From: Halothiobacillaceae bacterium
GTDB lineage: Bacteria; Pseudomonadota; Gammaproteobacteria; Halothiobacillales; Halothiobacillaceae
Assembly: GCA_050178405.1 (NCBI GenBank)
Contig: JBFXGB010000002.1
Span: 4,017 to 68,016 of the forward strand
Reading direction: 5' to 3'
Length of the DNA: 64,000 nucleotides
Shown: positions 1 to 10,109 of the stretch, in pieces
Numbering within the stretch: the first letter of the stretch is position 1
Layout of the letters: every line of letters starts with the position of its first letter
The notes under the pieces: model-generated
The model's input: only the letters and a program-made list of their open reading frames with translations
What the model was told of the DNA's origin: nothing
The model's database searches: none
Program-made: the position numbers and the translations under genes

Positions 1-129
1 GGACACTAGGCCGTGCATGTCTTCGGGGTCGATGCGCGGTGCATTACCAGCATCCGGGTCACCGTTGGGGTTGCCGTTTTCGCAGTCGAACAGGAATAGA
101 AATTCGTAGCGGTTGGTGATGGTTTTCAT
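1..129 (-). CDS. cas7: Type I-C Cas7 (Csd2), N-terminal 43 codons; runs off the window edge
   Basis: ATG at 129 after CAGGAG RBS; [43 protein letters not shown] has the Csd2 NPNGDPD-N-PR motif; ATGA overlap with the cas8c stop. Confidence 0.93.
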   Translation of the reverse strand, partial: MKTITNRYEFLFLFDCENGNPNGDPDAGNAPRIDPEDMHGLVS

Positions 130-548
130 ACTGTTGTCTCCTGAGTTGGATGGGGTGGATTGGATGAAGTGGATGGGATGGCGGAAGCGGTCTGTTTGCC
201 CGCATTGAGCATGGCAAGCTGTTGGTAGTAACCGAGCGCAAACAGGCTTTGTTCTTCCAGCGTGAGGGTGCGCGGCACGGCATCGCCGATGCTGCTCATG
301 ATTCCGGCAAGCTGGTTTTCGTACCAGAAGGCTAAACCGCCATCGAGCTTGCCTAGGTGATTTTTTGCGTTGGCGGCAAGCCGTCCAAGAACAAGGCCTG
401 GCGTTTGCGATGCGGCGGTGTAATAACGCTGCACGACACCCGCGCCTACGTCCCCTAACGCAGCACGTTGCAAGCGAGCAAACAAGGCGAGCGCACGACC
501 ACAGTGGTAGGACGGAGCCGGGTGTTCGGGATTCATATGCGGTTTCAT
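126..548 (-). CDS. cas11: Predicted Cas11c small subunit from an internal in-frame start in cas8c (140 aa)
   Basis: AAGGAG (562-557), 8-nt spacer, ATG at 548 in frame with cas8c (residue 445, [18 protein letters not shown]); internal Cas11 translation is known in type I-C. Confidence 0.75.
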   Translation of the reverse strand: MKPHMNPEHPAPSYHCGRALALFARLQRAALGDVGAGVVQRYYTAASQTPGLVLGRLAANAKNHLGKLDGGLAFWYENQLAGIMSSIGDAVPRTLTLEEQSLFALGYYQQLAMLNAGKQTASAIPSTSSNPPHPTQETTV

Positions 549-1880
549 GTTGTTGTCTCCTTGGTTGCGGATTAAATAGGCTTTGATGAGCGCCATGCGA
601 GCATGGCTCGCTGGGGTGTTCTGAATGCTGTCGATGCGCGCCCGGGCAATGGCTTGCGCGAGCGTCGCGGCTGGGATGAGACCGCCCGTAATGGCGGCTC
701 GCCATAGTTGCTGTAACCAAGGGCTGGGAATATCTTTCAATTCGCGCACCAGGCTACCCGCCACCGCCAGAAACTTAGGGTCATGTGCGTAGGATGTTCC
801 GTCTCGCGCAATGATGGATAGGTCGCGGAACCATGCTTCTGTGTGGGCAACCAGTTCTTCAAAACTGCCTTGCATCACTTCGCGCACCATCACCCGCCCC
901 GCCGCACCTGACAATAACAGCGACACAAAACGGGCATTGGCGAGGTCGGAACGCTGTCCTGTGCGAATGGAAGTAAGGAGTGCATGGGCGTGGCGTTCGG
1001 CTGCTCCGGCGGTTTGCTCCGGCGGCTCCACAAACCAGGCCATGACTTCGTCTTCGGCTTGAATATCGTTTTGACCGGTAAACCAGTAAGTTGCTAGGGT
1101 GTTGCCGAGTTTGATGCTCTTGTCGGCGATGAGCCGGTTCAGGGTTTCTGCATACGCCGTCGCGGTGGCTTCGGACATGGCTGCGTTTGCTGCTTGCTCC
1201 AAACCATACGACTGAAACGCTGCCTTGTCGAAACCCGCCAGCACATCACCCATGCTTAATCCGCCAACGCCTGCAAGTCCTTTGATTTTGGGATTCGTTG
1301 CTACGGGTTCGATCATTTCGCCCGTGAGGATGCAGCGCATCAGCTGATCGCCACCCGTCTTGGGCGGACGTAATGAGGCGCGAAATCCACGCCACCAATC
1401 ACGCCAGTCATCGCGTTCCAGCGGGTTAATACCGTCTACGATGACGATGGCTGCTTCGGTAAACTTGGCTTTGATTTGTTTGAGGTCAGCCTGAATAAGG
1501 TTGAGCGTTTCAGTATCTGTAAGCAGGTTAGCCATGGCTTCTAGATAAGGTGCGGCTTGTGCGGCTTGTCGCAGTAAACCTACAAACCAGTCGTGCTTGG
1601 AATAAAGCTTCTCGCGATCTTTGTCTTCCAGCTTTTCGTCGAGATAGAGCACCACTGTGGGTAAGGATTCGACAAGAAAATGCGACCGTGGCTCTGATCC
1701 ACCGATCAGCTCAGGCTGCGACACATTCGGGCAAGCATCAAAGCCGCGCCCTTTCCCTTCGCCGAGTGCGACCACGCCGGTATAACGCCCCTCCGCCGTG
1801 CAGGTGATCGCCCATTTCACGGTCTTGCGGGCAAAGCCTGGTTCGCTAACACCCGCTTGTTGCAACACTAGCTCAAGCAT
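126..1880 (-). CDS. cas8c: Type I-C large subunit Cas8c (Csd1)
   Basis: 584 aa between cas5c and cas7; C-terminal [19 protein letters not shown]...[11 protein letters not shown]...[12 protein letters not shown] is the Csd1 signature. Confidence 0.9.
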   Translation of the reverse strand: MLELVLQQAGVSEPGFARKTVKWAITCTAEGRYTGVVALGEGKGRGFDACPNVSQPELIGGSEPRSHFLVESLPTVVLYLDEKLEDKDREKLYSKHDWFVGLLRQAAQAAPYLEAMANLLTDTETLNLIQADLKQIKAKFTEAAIVIVDGINPLERDDWRDWWRGFRASLRPPKTGGDQLMRCILTGEMIEPVATNPKIKGLAGVGGLSMGDVLAGFDKAAFQSYGLEQAANAAMSEATATAYAETLNRLIADKSIKLGNTLATYWFTGQNDIQAEDEVMAWFVEPPEQTAGAAERHAHALLTSIRTGQRSDLANARFVSLLLSGAAGRVMVREVMQGSFEELVAHTEAWFRDLSIIARDGTSYAHDPKFLAVAGSLVRELKDIPSPWLQQLWRAAITGGLIPAATLAQAIARARIDSIQNTPASHARMALIKAYLIRNQGDNNMKPHMNPEHPAPSYHCGRALALFARLQRAALGDVGAGVVQRYYTAASQTPGLVLGRLAANAKNHLGKLDGGLAFWYENQLAGIMSSIGDAVPRTLTLEEQSLFALGYYQQLAMLNAGKQTASAIPSTSSNPPHPTQETTV

Positions 1881-2613
1881 GGAAGTCCTCCCCGCAGGAT
1901 TTTTTTACCGCGTTGTCTTCATAGCTTGGCACGCGCATCACTCCAGCCATAATCTGTGCATGAAACACGCTGATGGCGGGTTTGGCGTGAGCATCGTTTT
2001 CTGTGCCCAAGTCGAACACGTCGTAGAGCATGTAGCCTAAATCAAGGTCGAGTGCGATGGGCTGTGCGGCTGTTTCTTCAGTGCGCAACTCAAACCAAGC
2101 AGGAAACTCCCGGCAGCCAAGATAGGGTTGGTAGAAGCACTTCCCGTGGCTTGCGCGGCGCACAAACTGCGCATCCATTGCCTTCACATCGGCTTGCGGG
2201 CTGCGCGCATGAATATGTGCATAAATACGGTATCGAACATTCTTCAGCGCCATCGTTTGGCGTTGGGTACGACCCTTTTGGTCAGTGCCAAGCTCATCCT
2301 TACTGCCGTCAGCCCAGAGAGGTTGCGGCTCTTCTTTAGCATTTGCCCAAGCAAGAATCGTAGGCGGGGAAGGTGCTTTGTCCTTCACCTCATTACGCCG
2401 CAGTGCCAGATATTTGGGCGGCGTGAGAATTTCCACGCGCTCAATCTGCCAATAAAATCCGTGAGATTTTTTCCAGTAAATCGCGTCAAAAATACCGCGC
2501 GCAGCCGACGGTGTAATGATGGGATAACTGTAACGCTCGACTTTCATTTCCGGTCGAGTAAAGCAGGCCAAATCGCCCCAGACTTCCAGACAGTGAGTTT
2601 TACCTCGGCTCAT
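1873..2613 (-). CDS. cas5c: Type I-C Cas5c (Cas5d) crRNA-processing subunit
   Basis: LEVWGDLACFTRPEMKVERYSYPIITPSAARGIFDAIYW and PYLGCREF motifs; start chosen at ATG 2613 after AGAGGA. Confidence 0.95.
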   Translation of the reverse strand: MSRGKTHCLEVWGDLACFTRPEMKVERYSYPIITPSAARGIFDAIYWKKSHGFYWQIERVEILTPPKYLALRRNEVKDKAPSPPTILAWANAKEEPQPLWADGSKDELGTDQKGRTQRQTMALKNVRYRIYAHIHARSPQADVKAMDAQFVRRASHGKCFYQPYLGCREFPAWFELRTEETAAQPIALDLDLGYMLYDVFDLGTENDAHAKPAISVFHAQIMAGVMRVPSYEDNAVKKSCGEDFHA

Positions 2614-2626
2614 GCTGTTTTCCTCT

Positions 2627-4933
2627 TTATCCAATCCAGGTGTTCAATGTACCGGGCGGCACCAGCCCAAGTTGCGGGTGATAATGCTCCGGCACGGCAT
2701 ACATAAACCAATCATTTTGTTCACACTGCGTCCAACCCGCGACGGGCACTGGAAGCAGCGCATCCCAAATGGGATCGCCATCCTTGGGGCGGTACAGGCT
2801 CACGGTGAGCGGGCGCGCGGCGCGCATCCATGCGGCGGTTAATCCGGCATCGTCGGCTTGCGCGCGTAGGCTGTCGTATAGCGCCTGCTGGGGTGCATAG
2901 GGAACGAGGACGTTGATAGCATCTTGTTTGATGAGCCGATAGAGATTGGCTACGTCAGGGAAACTACCGCTCTCGATGGCTTTGAAAATCTCACGACTCG
3001 CCGCAGACGTCGCCACCCCTGCCAAGTCATACAGCTCGCGGTAATACGCCGCAATGAACGCAGGATCATCAAGCTTCATCCCGGATATGCCGTGGCGCTT
3101 GAATAGCATCTGTGCAATCTGGGTGGCTTGCTGGTAGCTGTCGGTGGGGTACCCCGTGTCATCCGGGGTGAATATCCTCAAGCGTCCGAGCTGCTCGCCC
3201 TTCCCTTCCCGATTGCAGCGCCCAGCGGCCTGAATAATCGCATCCAGCGGCCCCCAAGCGCGCAGCACCGTGGGGAAATCCAAATCCACGCCAGCTTCGA
3301 CGCACTGCGTAGCAACCAAGCGCACCGGCAACTTGGCCGCCAGCCGTTCACGCACGGTTTGCAGCACTTGGTCTCGGTGCGCTGCACAAAGATTGGTCGA
3401 GAGGTGCAACGTATCCGGGTGATTCAGCGTTTCCCACAAACGCTTGGCATGGCGCTTGAGATTCACGATACACAAGACTTGCGGCACATCGGTGAGCTGT
3501 CCGGCAAGTTCATCCCAACTCACTGAGGTATTCGGGTTGTCCCATTCGAATGCCACGCGCTTCATGGGCGCGAATAAGGCCGCAGGGTCGGGGACAATCT
3601 CACGTGGCTGCCAGCCGGGCGCTTTTTCGTCCAGAACCGCTTGATGAAGATGCGTAAAGGCAGGCTGGGTGGCCGTGGCAAACACGACACTCGACCGGTA
3701 ACAGGCCGCGACATGCGATAGTGCGGCAAGGGTCGGTACCGCCAGATGCACGGGCAGCGTCTGCGCCTCATCGAACAGGATGACCGAGCGTTGCAAGCGG
3801 TGCAGCTTGCGGCAGGCCGATGGGCGGTTGGAGAACAAAGATTCAAGCAGTTGCACACTGGTGGTCACGATAATCGGCGCATCCCAGTTTTCTGCCAACA
3901 GACGGCGACGGCGTTCAGCGTAACTGGGCTGACCTGCAGCGCCCTCATTGTCTTGCTGGGAATTTTCCTTTCCCACGCCCGCCATGGAGTGGTGTTCAAG
4001 CACAAAATCCTCTCCAAACACGGGCGCAAAAATGCCACGATAAACACGGGCTGTTTGTTCGGTAATTGTTAGATAAGGAATGACCAAAACCACCCGTTCA
4101 AGCTTGTGTTTGACTGCGTGAGACAGAGCGAACGCGAGCATGGCAAGTGTTTTTCCGCTGCCTGTAGGGGCTGTAAGCGTGAATAACCCCGTATCCTGTT
4201 CCGCGCCGTGCAAACAGGCTTTAAGCAGATGACGGCGGACATCTTGCACTGTGTTGGAGGCTAAAGTCTTCGCTTGGGTTTGTTCGATGGCTGCAAGCAC
4301 CCGCTGCAGGGCGGCGGCGGCATCCAGCTTGAGCCCAGATGGGCGGTAACGCTTGCCTGTAGTATCGCCTTCAAAATGCGCTTCGGTGTCTAAATAATCG
4401 GCATCGACCAAAGCAGAAAACAACATACGAACATCCAGCATCGAGGCCACAGTGCGCACAAGCGTATTGCCCAATACCGACTGTCGCACGCCGGGTATTT
4501 TCAAACCCTCATCGGCAAAGCGGCTTTTCAGCGTTTGAATATCTGGAGCCGTGCGGCGTAGCGTCGGTGAGTGCTCAGTCAAGTATTTGGGGTTCAGCCG
4601 CTTCAAGTCATTGGATGCTAGAGATTGCAAGCCGATGTGATGCCCCTGAATCGCAAGTGCGGCAGCAGCGCATTGGCTCTCCAGTGCAACCCAAGCCCCC
4701 GCCGACCAATGATCCAATCCGGACGCTTCGCCCCGAAGCCGTGCCTGAAACAAATCGCCAAATTTACCTAAGTCATGCAGTAATCCAGCTAATTTTGCTT
4801 CATCTCGCCATGGCATCGACACGCTGAACTGCTCGGCAAGTTGAGATACTGCGGATAAATGAGTCAACAGGCGGTGCCATTGCCCGACTCGATTAGCGCT
4901 GTGAGAAAAATAGCTGTGCACTGCTTTTTTCAT
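2627..4933 (-). CDS. cas3: Cas3 HD nuclease-helicase
   Basis: N-terminal HD (LLHDLGKFG), APTGSGKT, DEAQ, ATATQP, QCVEAGVDLDF, QAAGRCNREG. Confidence 0.96.
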   Translation of the reverse strand: MKKAVHSYFSHSANRVGQWHRLLTHLSAVSQLAEQFSVSMPWRDEAKLAGLLHDLGKFGDLFQARLRGEASGLDHWSAGAWVALESQCAAAALAIQGHHIGLQSLASNDLKRLNPKYLTEHSPTLRRTAPDIQTLKSRFADEGLKIPGVRQSVLGNTLVRTVASMLDVRMLFSALVDADYLDTEAHFEGDTTGKRYRPSGLKLDAAAALQRVLAAIEQTQAKTLASNTVQDVRRHLLKACLHGAEQDTGLFTLTAPTGSGKTLAMLAFALSHAVKHKLERVVLVIPYLTITEQTARVYRGIFAPVFGEDFVLEHHSMAGVGKENSQQDNEGAAGQPSYAERRRRLLAENWDAPIIVTTSVQLLESLFSNRPSACRKLHRLQRSVILFDEAQTLPVHLAVPTLAALSHVAACYRSSVVFATATQPAFTHLHQAVLDEKAPGWQPREIVPDPAALFAPMKRVAFEWDNPNTSVSWDELAGQLTDVPQVLCIVNLKRHAKRLWETLNHPDTLHLSTNLCAAHRDQVLQTVRERLAAKLPVRLVATQCVEAGVDLDFPTVLRAWGPLDAIIQAAGRCNREGKGEQLGRLRIFTPDDTGYPTDSYQQATQIAQMLFKRHGISGMKLDDPAFIAAYYRELYDLAGVATSAASREIFKAIESGSFPDVANLYRLIKQDAINVLVPYAPQQALYDSLRAQADDAGLTAAWMRAARPLTVSLYRPKDGDPIWDALLPVPVAGWTQCEQNDWFMYAVPEHYHPQLGLVPPGTLNTWIG

Positions 4934-4966
4934 CCTAGGTTCTCACTATGCGCAAAAAAAATCGTA

Positions 4967-5039
4967 CAGGACTTACGCAGAAGCTAGTTTTTCAGCCCTT
5001 GGCGAAGTTTTTGTGGGGCGGATAAGACAAAGCCGCATC
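4967..5039. repeat. Single MITE end (CAGGACTTACGCA) followed by a partial GTAG-type REP, upstream of cas3
   Basis: 4967-4979 matches the TIR at 58182; 5013-5039 gtggggcggataagacaaagccgcatc resembles the reverse complement of the REP at 23887. Confidence 0.6.
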
Positions 5040-5547
5040 AATCAAGAGCGGCAAGGTGGATGCGCTCCAACAGACCTTCACTTGCTGCTTCAATCATATC
5101 CAGCACACGCTCAAAACCTGCCTCACCGCCGTAATACGGGTCGGGAACTTCATGCGGATGACTCGCCTTTGCGTCGGCAAAATCCATCATCAAACCAAGA
5201 TGCGCGCGCACATTCTCGGCCGCAAGTGACGCACGCAGTTGCTGCAAAATCGCCAAATTGTCCGCATCCATCGCCAAAATGTAGTCAAAGTGCATAAAAT
5301 CTTGCGCCTCGACTTTACGCGCACGCAAAGACGATAAATCATAGCCACGGCGCAAGGCCGAGCGTTGCGTTCGCTCGTCCGGCGGATTGCCAATGTGATA
5401 AGCGTGAGTGCCTGCCGAGTCGATGCGGATGCGCTCACTTAGACCCGCCTCATGCACCTTGCGCATAAACACACCTTCGGCGGTGGGTGAACGGCAGATG
5501 TTGCCCATGCAGACAAATAAAACACGAATCTCTGATTTTTCGCTCAC
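5038..5547 (-). CDS. ptpA: Low molecular weight protein-tyrosine phosphatase
   Basis: P-loop VLFVCMGNICRSPTAE; DPYYGG; GTG start. Confidence 0.95.
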   Translation of the reverse strand: MSEKSEIRVLFVCMGNICRSPTAEGVFMRKVHEAGLSERIRIDSAGTHAYHIGNPPDERTQRSALRRGYDLSSLRARKVEAQDFMHFDYILAMDADNLAILQQLRASLAAENVRAHLGLMMDFADAKASHPHEVPDPYYGGEAGFERVLDMIEAASEGLLERIHLAALD

Positions 5548-5558
5548 AAATCAGTCTC

Positions 5559-7208
5559 CTAGTTGTGCATCAGACTTTTAACCAGCTCAATCAGGCCATT
5601 AGTAGAGGCATCGTATTGGCTGGCGGCTTGGCTTTCGCCCAAGCGTGGCAAGATGTCGCTTGCCATTTGTTTGCCTAATTCCACGCCCCATTGATCGAAG
5701 GCGTTGATACGCCAAATAATGCTTTGCACAAAAATTTTGTGCTCATAAAGCGCAATCAGCATCCCTAAGGTGTAGGGCGTATGGTCACGCATGACGATGG
5801 TGCTGCTGGGCTTGTTACCCTCGAAAACGCGGTGGGGCGCGAGTTTTGCAATCTCATTTTCATCCATACCCTTCGCGCGCATTTCGGCTTCCACTTCGCT
5901 TAAATCGCGCCCCCACATCAGGGCGCGGCTTTGTGCCAAAAGGTTGGCGAGGAGCATGGCGTGCTGCTGCCCCAAGGGATTATGCGTGTTAGCGGCGGCA
6001 ATAAAATCGCAAGGAATCAGGCGCGTGCCTTGGTGGATGAGCTGGTAAAAAGCATGTTGTCCGTTGGTGCCATGCCCGCCCCATAAAATCGTGCCGGTGC
6101 TGTAATTCACCGTGTCGCCATCGCGATTGATGGATTTGCCGTTGCTTTCCATATCGGCTTGCTGCAAATAAGCCGGCAGGGAGCGCAGGCGCGTGCCATA
6201 CGGCAGAACGGCGTGGGTTTCTGCGCCAAAAAAGTTGGCGTACCACACGCCAAGCAGCGCCATAATCACCGGCATGTTGTGTTCCAACGGCGCCTCGGCA
6301 AAATGCCGATCCATGGCATACGCGCCTTCAAGCATCTTCTCGAAATGTTCAAAGCCGACATGTACCGCAATCGACAAACCAATCGACGACCATAGCGAAT
6401 AGCGCCCGCCGACCCAATCCCAGAACTCGAACATGTTTTCCGGCGCAATGCCAAAACGTCTGACCAATTCAAGATTGGTGGACACCGCAGCAAAATGCTT
6501 GGCGATATGCGCCTCATCGTTTGCCGCTTGCAAAAGCCACGCGCGCGCGGCATGGGCATTGGCCATCGTTTCCTGCGTGGTGAAGGTTTTAGAAGCCACA
6601 ATGAATAGCGTAGTTTCCGGGTTGAGCTGCTTGAGCGTGCTGCTGATATCCGACGGCGCAACGTTGGAGACAAAATGCGCACGCAAATCCGGTCGCGCAT
6701 AGGATGCGAGCGCTTCGCACACCATTTTCGGCCCAAGATCCGAGCCGCCGACACCGATATTCACCACATCGGTAATCGCCTTGCCGCTGTAGCCGAGCCA
6801 TTCACCGCTACGCACCGCTTTGGAGAATGCCTTCATGCGCGCAAGCACGCCATTGATCAGCGGCATGACATCTTCGCCATCAACAAAAATCGGGCTGTTG
6901 CTGCGGTTGCGCAAGGCGATATGCAACACGGCACGATCTTCAGTGAAGTTGATTTTCTGGCCGCTGAACATTTTTGTGCGCCAGCTTTCCACTTCGGCTT
7001 CACGCGCCAGTTGCAACAAAAGCTGCATGGTCTGGCGATTCACCCGCTGCTTGGAGTAATCCAAAAACAACTCGCCCGCACGCAAACTAAAATTTTCAAA
7101 GCGCTTGGGATCATCCGCGAATAAATCACGCATATGCACGCTAGAAAATTCATTGTGGTGCGCACGCAGCGCTTTCCATGCGGGAAGTTGGGTCAGCGGG
7201 GTTGGCAT
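5559..7208 (-). CDS. pgi: Glucose-6-phosphate isomerase
   Basis: [33 protein letters not shown]; start set at MPTPL (7208). Confidence 0.97.
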   Translation of the reverse strand: MPTPLTQLPAWKALRAHHNEFSSVHMRDLFADDPKRFENFSLRAGELFLDYSKQRVNRQTMQLLLQLAREAEVESWRTKMFSGQKINFTEDRAVLHIALRNRSNSPIFVDGEDVMPLINGVLARMKAFSKAVRSGEWLGYSGKAITDVVNIGVGGSDLGPKMVCEALASYARPDLRAHFVSNVAPSDISSTLKQLNPETTLFIVASKTFTTQETMANAHAARAWLLQAANDEAHIAKHFAAVSTNLELVRRFGIAPENMFEFWDWVGGRYSLWSSIGLSIAVHVGFEHFEKMLEGAYAMDRHFAEAPLEHNMPVIMALLGVWYANFFGAETHAVLPYGTRLRSLPAYLQQADMESNGKSINRDGDTVNYSTGTILWGGHGTNGQHAFYQLIHQGTRLIPCDFIAAANTHNPLGQQHAMLLANLLAQSRALMWGRDLSEVEAEMRAKGMDENEIAKLAPHRVFEGNKPSSTIVMRDHTPYTLGMLIALYEHKIFVQSIIWRINAFDQWGVELGKQMASDILPRLGESQAASQYDASTNGLIELVKSLMHN

Positions 7209-7262
7209 TAAGATGTCCTCGGGGCAATGGGTATAGGGGTTAAACAATTCAATAAAATATAT

Positions 7263-7471
7263 TCAGCCACAGAGTTCACCGAGAGAAATTGTGAAATACC
7301 CAGGGAGCTTATAAAAACCTGAATATCGTCTTTGCGAGCGCAGCGAAGCAATCCATAACGCGTAGTTTTGTCGAGTCTCTTTTGGATTGCCACGTCGCTT
7401 CGCTCCTCGCAAAGACGGTTTTTAGCTACCCCAGTGTCTCTCTCTGTGCTCTCTGTGTCCTCTGTGGCTAA
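7263..7471. repeat. Nested composite repeat: outer CACAGAG inverted element, inner AAAAACC-ended element (7304-7429) carrying a TTGCGAG/CTCGCAA palindrome
   Basis: Outer ends tcagccacagag and ctctgtggctaa; inner ends ggagcttataaaaacc and ggtttttagctac flanked by a CCCAG direct repeat (7299-7303, 7430-7434); homologous to 38510-38662. Confidence 0.75.
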
Positions 7472-7479
7472 AAAAACGG

Positions 7480-8997
7480 TTACAACGCATTACGCCAGAC
7501 ATGATCTTCTTTGTCGAACAGGCGGCTGGCCTCGTCCGGCCCCCAACTTCCTGCGGGGTAGGTGTGGATAAAGTCGCGCTCCTGCGCCCAAAGTTTGAGC
7601 ACCGGATCGACCGCGCGCCACGCCCATTCCACTTCGTCGTAACGCAAAAACAACGACTGATCGCCGTGAATGACATCAAGCAACAACGCCTCATACGCCC
7701 CAAGGCGAGTGGCTTCATTTTCGCAATAGGTCGCATCAAGCTGGGTCGTGGTGGTGCGCAGCTCCAAGCCTTCGCGCTTGGTTTGCACTTCCAAACGCAG
7801 GCTTTCGCAGGGCTGAATGCCAAGCAATAACCAGTTCGGCTCAAGCTGTTCGATCGGTGTTTCACGGAAAAGCTGTTGCGGCGGGTGACGGAAACGAATA
7901 CTGACCATCGACATCCCCTCCGGCAAACGCTTGCCGGTGCGAATGTAGAACGGCACGCCGCGCCAGCGCCAGTTGTCGATGTACAACTTCAATGCGGCGT
8001 AAGTCTCGGTGGTGCTGTGCGGGTCAACGCCCTCTTCTTCCAGATAGCCCGGCACGCTTTTGCCATTCACTTTGCCCCGCGTGTATTGCGCACGGAAGGC
8101 GTGGGCATGCACCGCACGCGGCGGAATCGGGCGAATCGAGCGCAGCACTTTGACTTTTTCATCACGCAGCGCTTCCGCATCGAGAATCGGCGGCGGCTCC
8201 ATCGCCACCAGGGTGAGCATTTGCAGCAGATGACTTTGAATCATGTCGCGCAGCGCACCGGCCTGATCGTAATAACCCGCACGGCGGCCAATGCCCTTGT
8301 CTTCGGCGTGCGAAATTTGCACATGGTCGATGTAATTGCGATTCCACAGCGGTTCGAGCAACAAATTGGCAAAACGAAAAACCAAAATGTTCTGCACTGT
8401 CGATTTACCTAAGTAATGGTCGATGCGGAAAATCTGCTTTTCATCAAAATGGCGATGCAGGCGCGCATCCAGCAGCTTGGCACTTTCTAGGTCATAGCCA
8501 AACGGCTTTTCCACCACCAAACGCCGCCAGCCGTCAAACTCATCATTGAGTTCTGCCGCCGCAAGTTGCTCCGCCACCACTGCATACTGATCCGGCGCAA
8601 TGGCGAGATAAAACAGCAGGTTCATGCTCATGCCATTTTCCGACACGCGCGCGCCAAGCTCTTGGTAGTCCTCGGGCGTTTCTAAGTCGCCTTTAACAAA
8701 GCGTTGTCGCGCCAAAAAACGCTGCAACACCGCATCATCCAGCGCCGTTCCCATGCGCTCACGCAACACGCCATCCACATAGCCGCGCCAGTCTTCATCC
8801 GTCCACTCGCGCCGCCCAAAGCCAAACACCAACACGCCCTTATCGAGGCGATCATGCCGATCGAGGTTATACAGCGACGGCAAAAGCTTTTGCGCCGCAA
8901 GATTGCCGGTCGCGCCAAAAATCACAAAACCGCATTGGACAGGCGAGGTATTCACGCTGCCGAAAACCGCATCTCTGTTCGAACTCACGGGAGACAT
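7480..8997 (-). CDS. zwf: Glucose-6-phosphate 1-dehydrogenase
   Basis: [30 protein letters not shown]. Confidence 0.97.
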   Translation of the reverse strand: MSPVSSNRDAVFGSVNTSPVQCGFVIFGATGNLAAQKLLPSLYNLDRHDRLDKGVLVFGFGRREWTDEDWRGYVDGVLRERMGTALDDAVLQRFLARQRFVKGDLETPEDYQELGARVSENGMSMNLLFYLAIAPDQYAVVAEQLAAAELNDEFDGWRRLVVEKPFGYDLESAKLLDARLHRHFDEKQIFRIDHYLGKSTVQNILVFRFANLLLEPLWNRNYIDHVQISHAEDKGIGRRAGYYDQAGALRDMIQSHLLQMLTLVAMEPPPILDAEALRDEKVKVLRSIRPIPPRAVHAHAFRAQYTRGKVNGKSVPGYLEEEGVDPHSTTETYAALKLYIDNWRWRGVPFYIRTGKRLPEGMSMVSIRFRHPPQQLFRETPIEQLEPNWLLLGIQPCESLRLEVQTKREGLELRTTTTQLDATYCENEATRLGAYEALLLDVIHGDQSLFLRYDEVEWAWRAVDPVLKLWAQERDFIHTYPAGSWGPDEASRLFDKEDHVWRNAL

Positions 8998-9002
8998 AGG
9001 GT

Positions 9003-9935
9003 TTACTCCGCTTGTGCCTGGGGAATAGTCTGAGTAATCGTATGACCGCCAAAACCTTTACGCATCATGGCAAGCGCCTTGTTGCCATAATCCGCATTGC
9101 CCTGACTGGCAAAGCGCATTTGCAAGGCCAGCGTCATCACTGGTGCCGCCACACCCAAATCAATCGCCTCTTTTGCCGTCCAGCGACCCTCGCCCGAATC
9201 AGCGACCACGGGCGCAACACCCTCAAGATGCTGATCCTGCGCCAAAGCCTCGGCGGTCAAATCAAGCAGCCAGCTTTGCACCACCGAACCATGCCGCCAC
9301 AGCTCGGAAATTTGCGCCAAATCCAGCGCAAATGGCGTTTTCGCCTTCATCACCGCCAAGCCCTCGGCCAAGGCCTGCATCATGCCGTATTCAATGCCGT
9401 TGTGAACCATTTTGGTAAAATGCCCCGCACCCAAGGGGCCGACATGCGCCCAACCGGTGCTCATGGACGGTGCAAGCGCTTTGAGAATAGGCGTTAAGCG
9501 TGCAGCATCGTCATCTGCGCCACCCGCCATCACACAATAGCCGTTCTTTAAGCCCCAAACCCCGCCGGACACGCCCACATCCATAAAACGCACGCCATAA
9601 GCCGCCGCACGCTCGCCGTGGCGAGCCGCATTCTGATAAAAATCGTTCGCGCCGTTGACCAGCAAATCACCCTCGCTCATCAAAGGCAGAACCGCATCCA
9701 TCGCCGCCTCAGTCGCCGCTCCAGCAGGCAACATCAGCCACACAATGCGCGGCGCGGGTAATTGTTTAATAAACTCATCCAAGCGATACGCTGGCACAAA
9801 ACCTGCACCCTCATCCTTCAGTTCGTCCACCGGCGCGGCGCTTCGGTTATAGCCCACCACCTCAACCCCTGCGCGCACCAAGCGGCGTACCATGTTTCCA
9901 CCCATTCGACCCAAACCATAGATACCGATACGCAT
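9003..9935 (-). CDS. gnd: Decarboxylating 6-phosphogluconate dehydrogenase, short (YqeC-type) form
   Basis: [40 protein letters not shown]; start set at 9935. Confidence 0.93.
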   Translation of the reverse strand: MRIGIYGLGRMGGNMVRRLVRAGVEVVGYNRSAAPVDELKDEGAGFVPAYRLDEFIKQLPAPRIVWLMLPAGAATEAAMDAVLPLMSEGDLLVNGANDFYQNAARHGERAAAYGVRFMDVGVSGGVWGLKNGYCVMAGGADDDAARLTPILKALAPSMSTGWAHVGPLGAGHFTKMVHNGIEYGMMQALAEGLAVMKAKTPFALDLAQISELWRHGSVVQSWLLDLTAEALAQDQHLEGVAPVVADSGEGRWTAKEAIDLGVAAPVMTLALQMRFASQGNADYGNKALAMMRKGFGGHTITQTIPQAQAE

Positions 9936-10109
9936 GTGCAAACCCTCACAAAGATTGATGAAACAAAACCTATGCCGCGATGCGCGCGCCAATGACGCTA
10001 TAATGCCCGCGTTTTATGAAGCTAAATAGATGCTAAGAACCGCTTTACGCTATTTTTGTGTTGCGTTCTTGCATATTTGTTCAAGACCTTGACCACGGAA
10101 GCCCAATCA

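Noticed and set aside
130-190. GGATG-rich low-complexity stretch at the cas8c 3' end
   Set aside because: Encodes a Ser/Pro-rich tail; not periodic enough to be a repeat array
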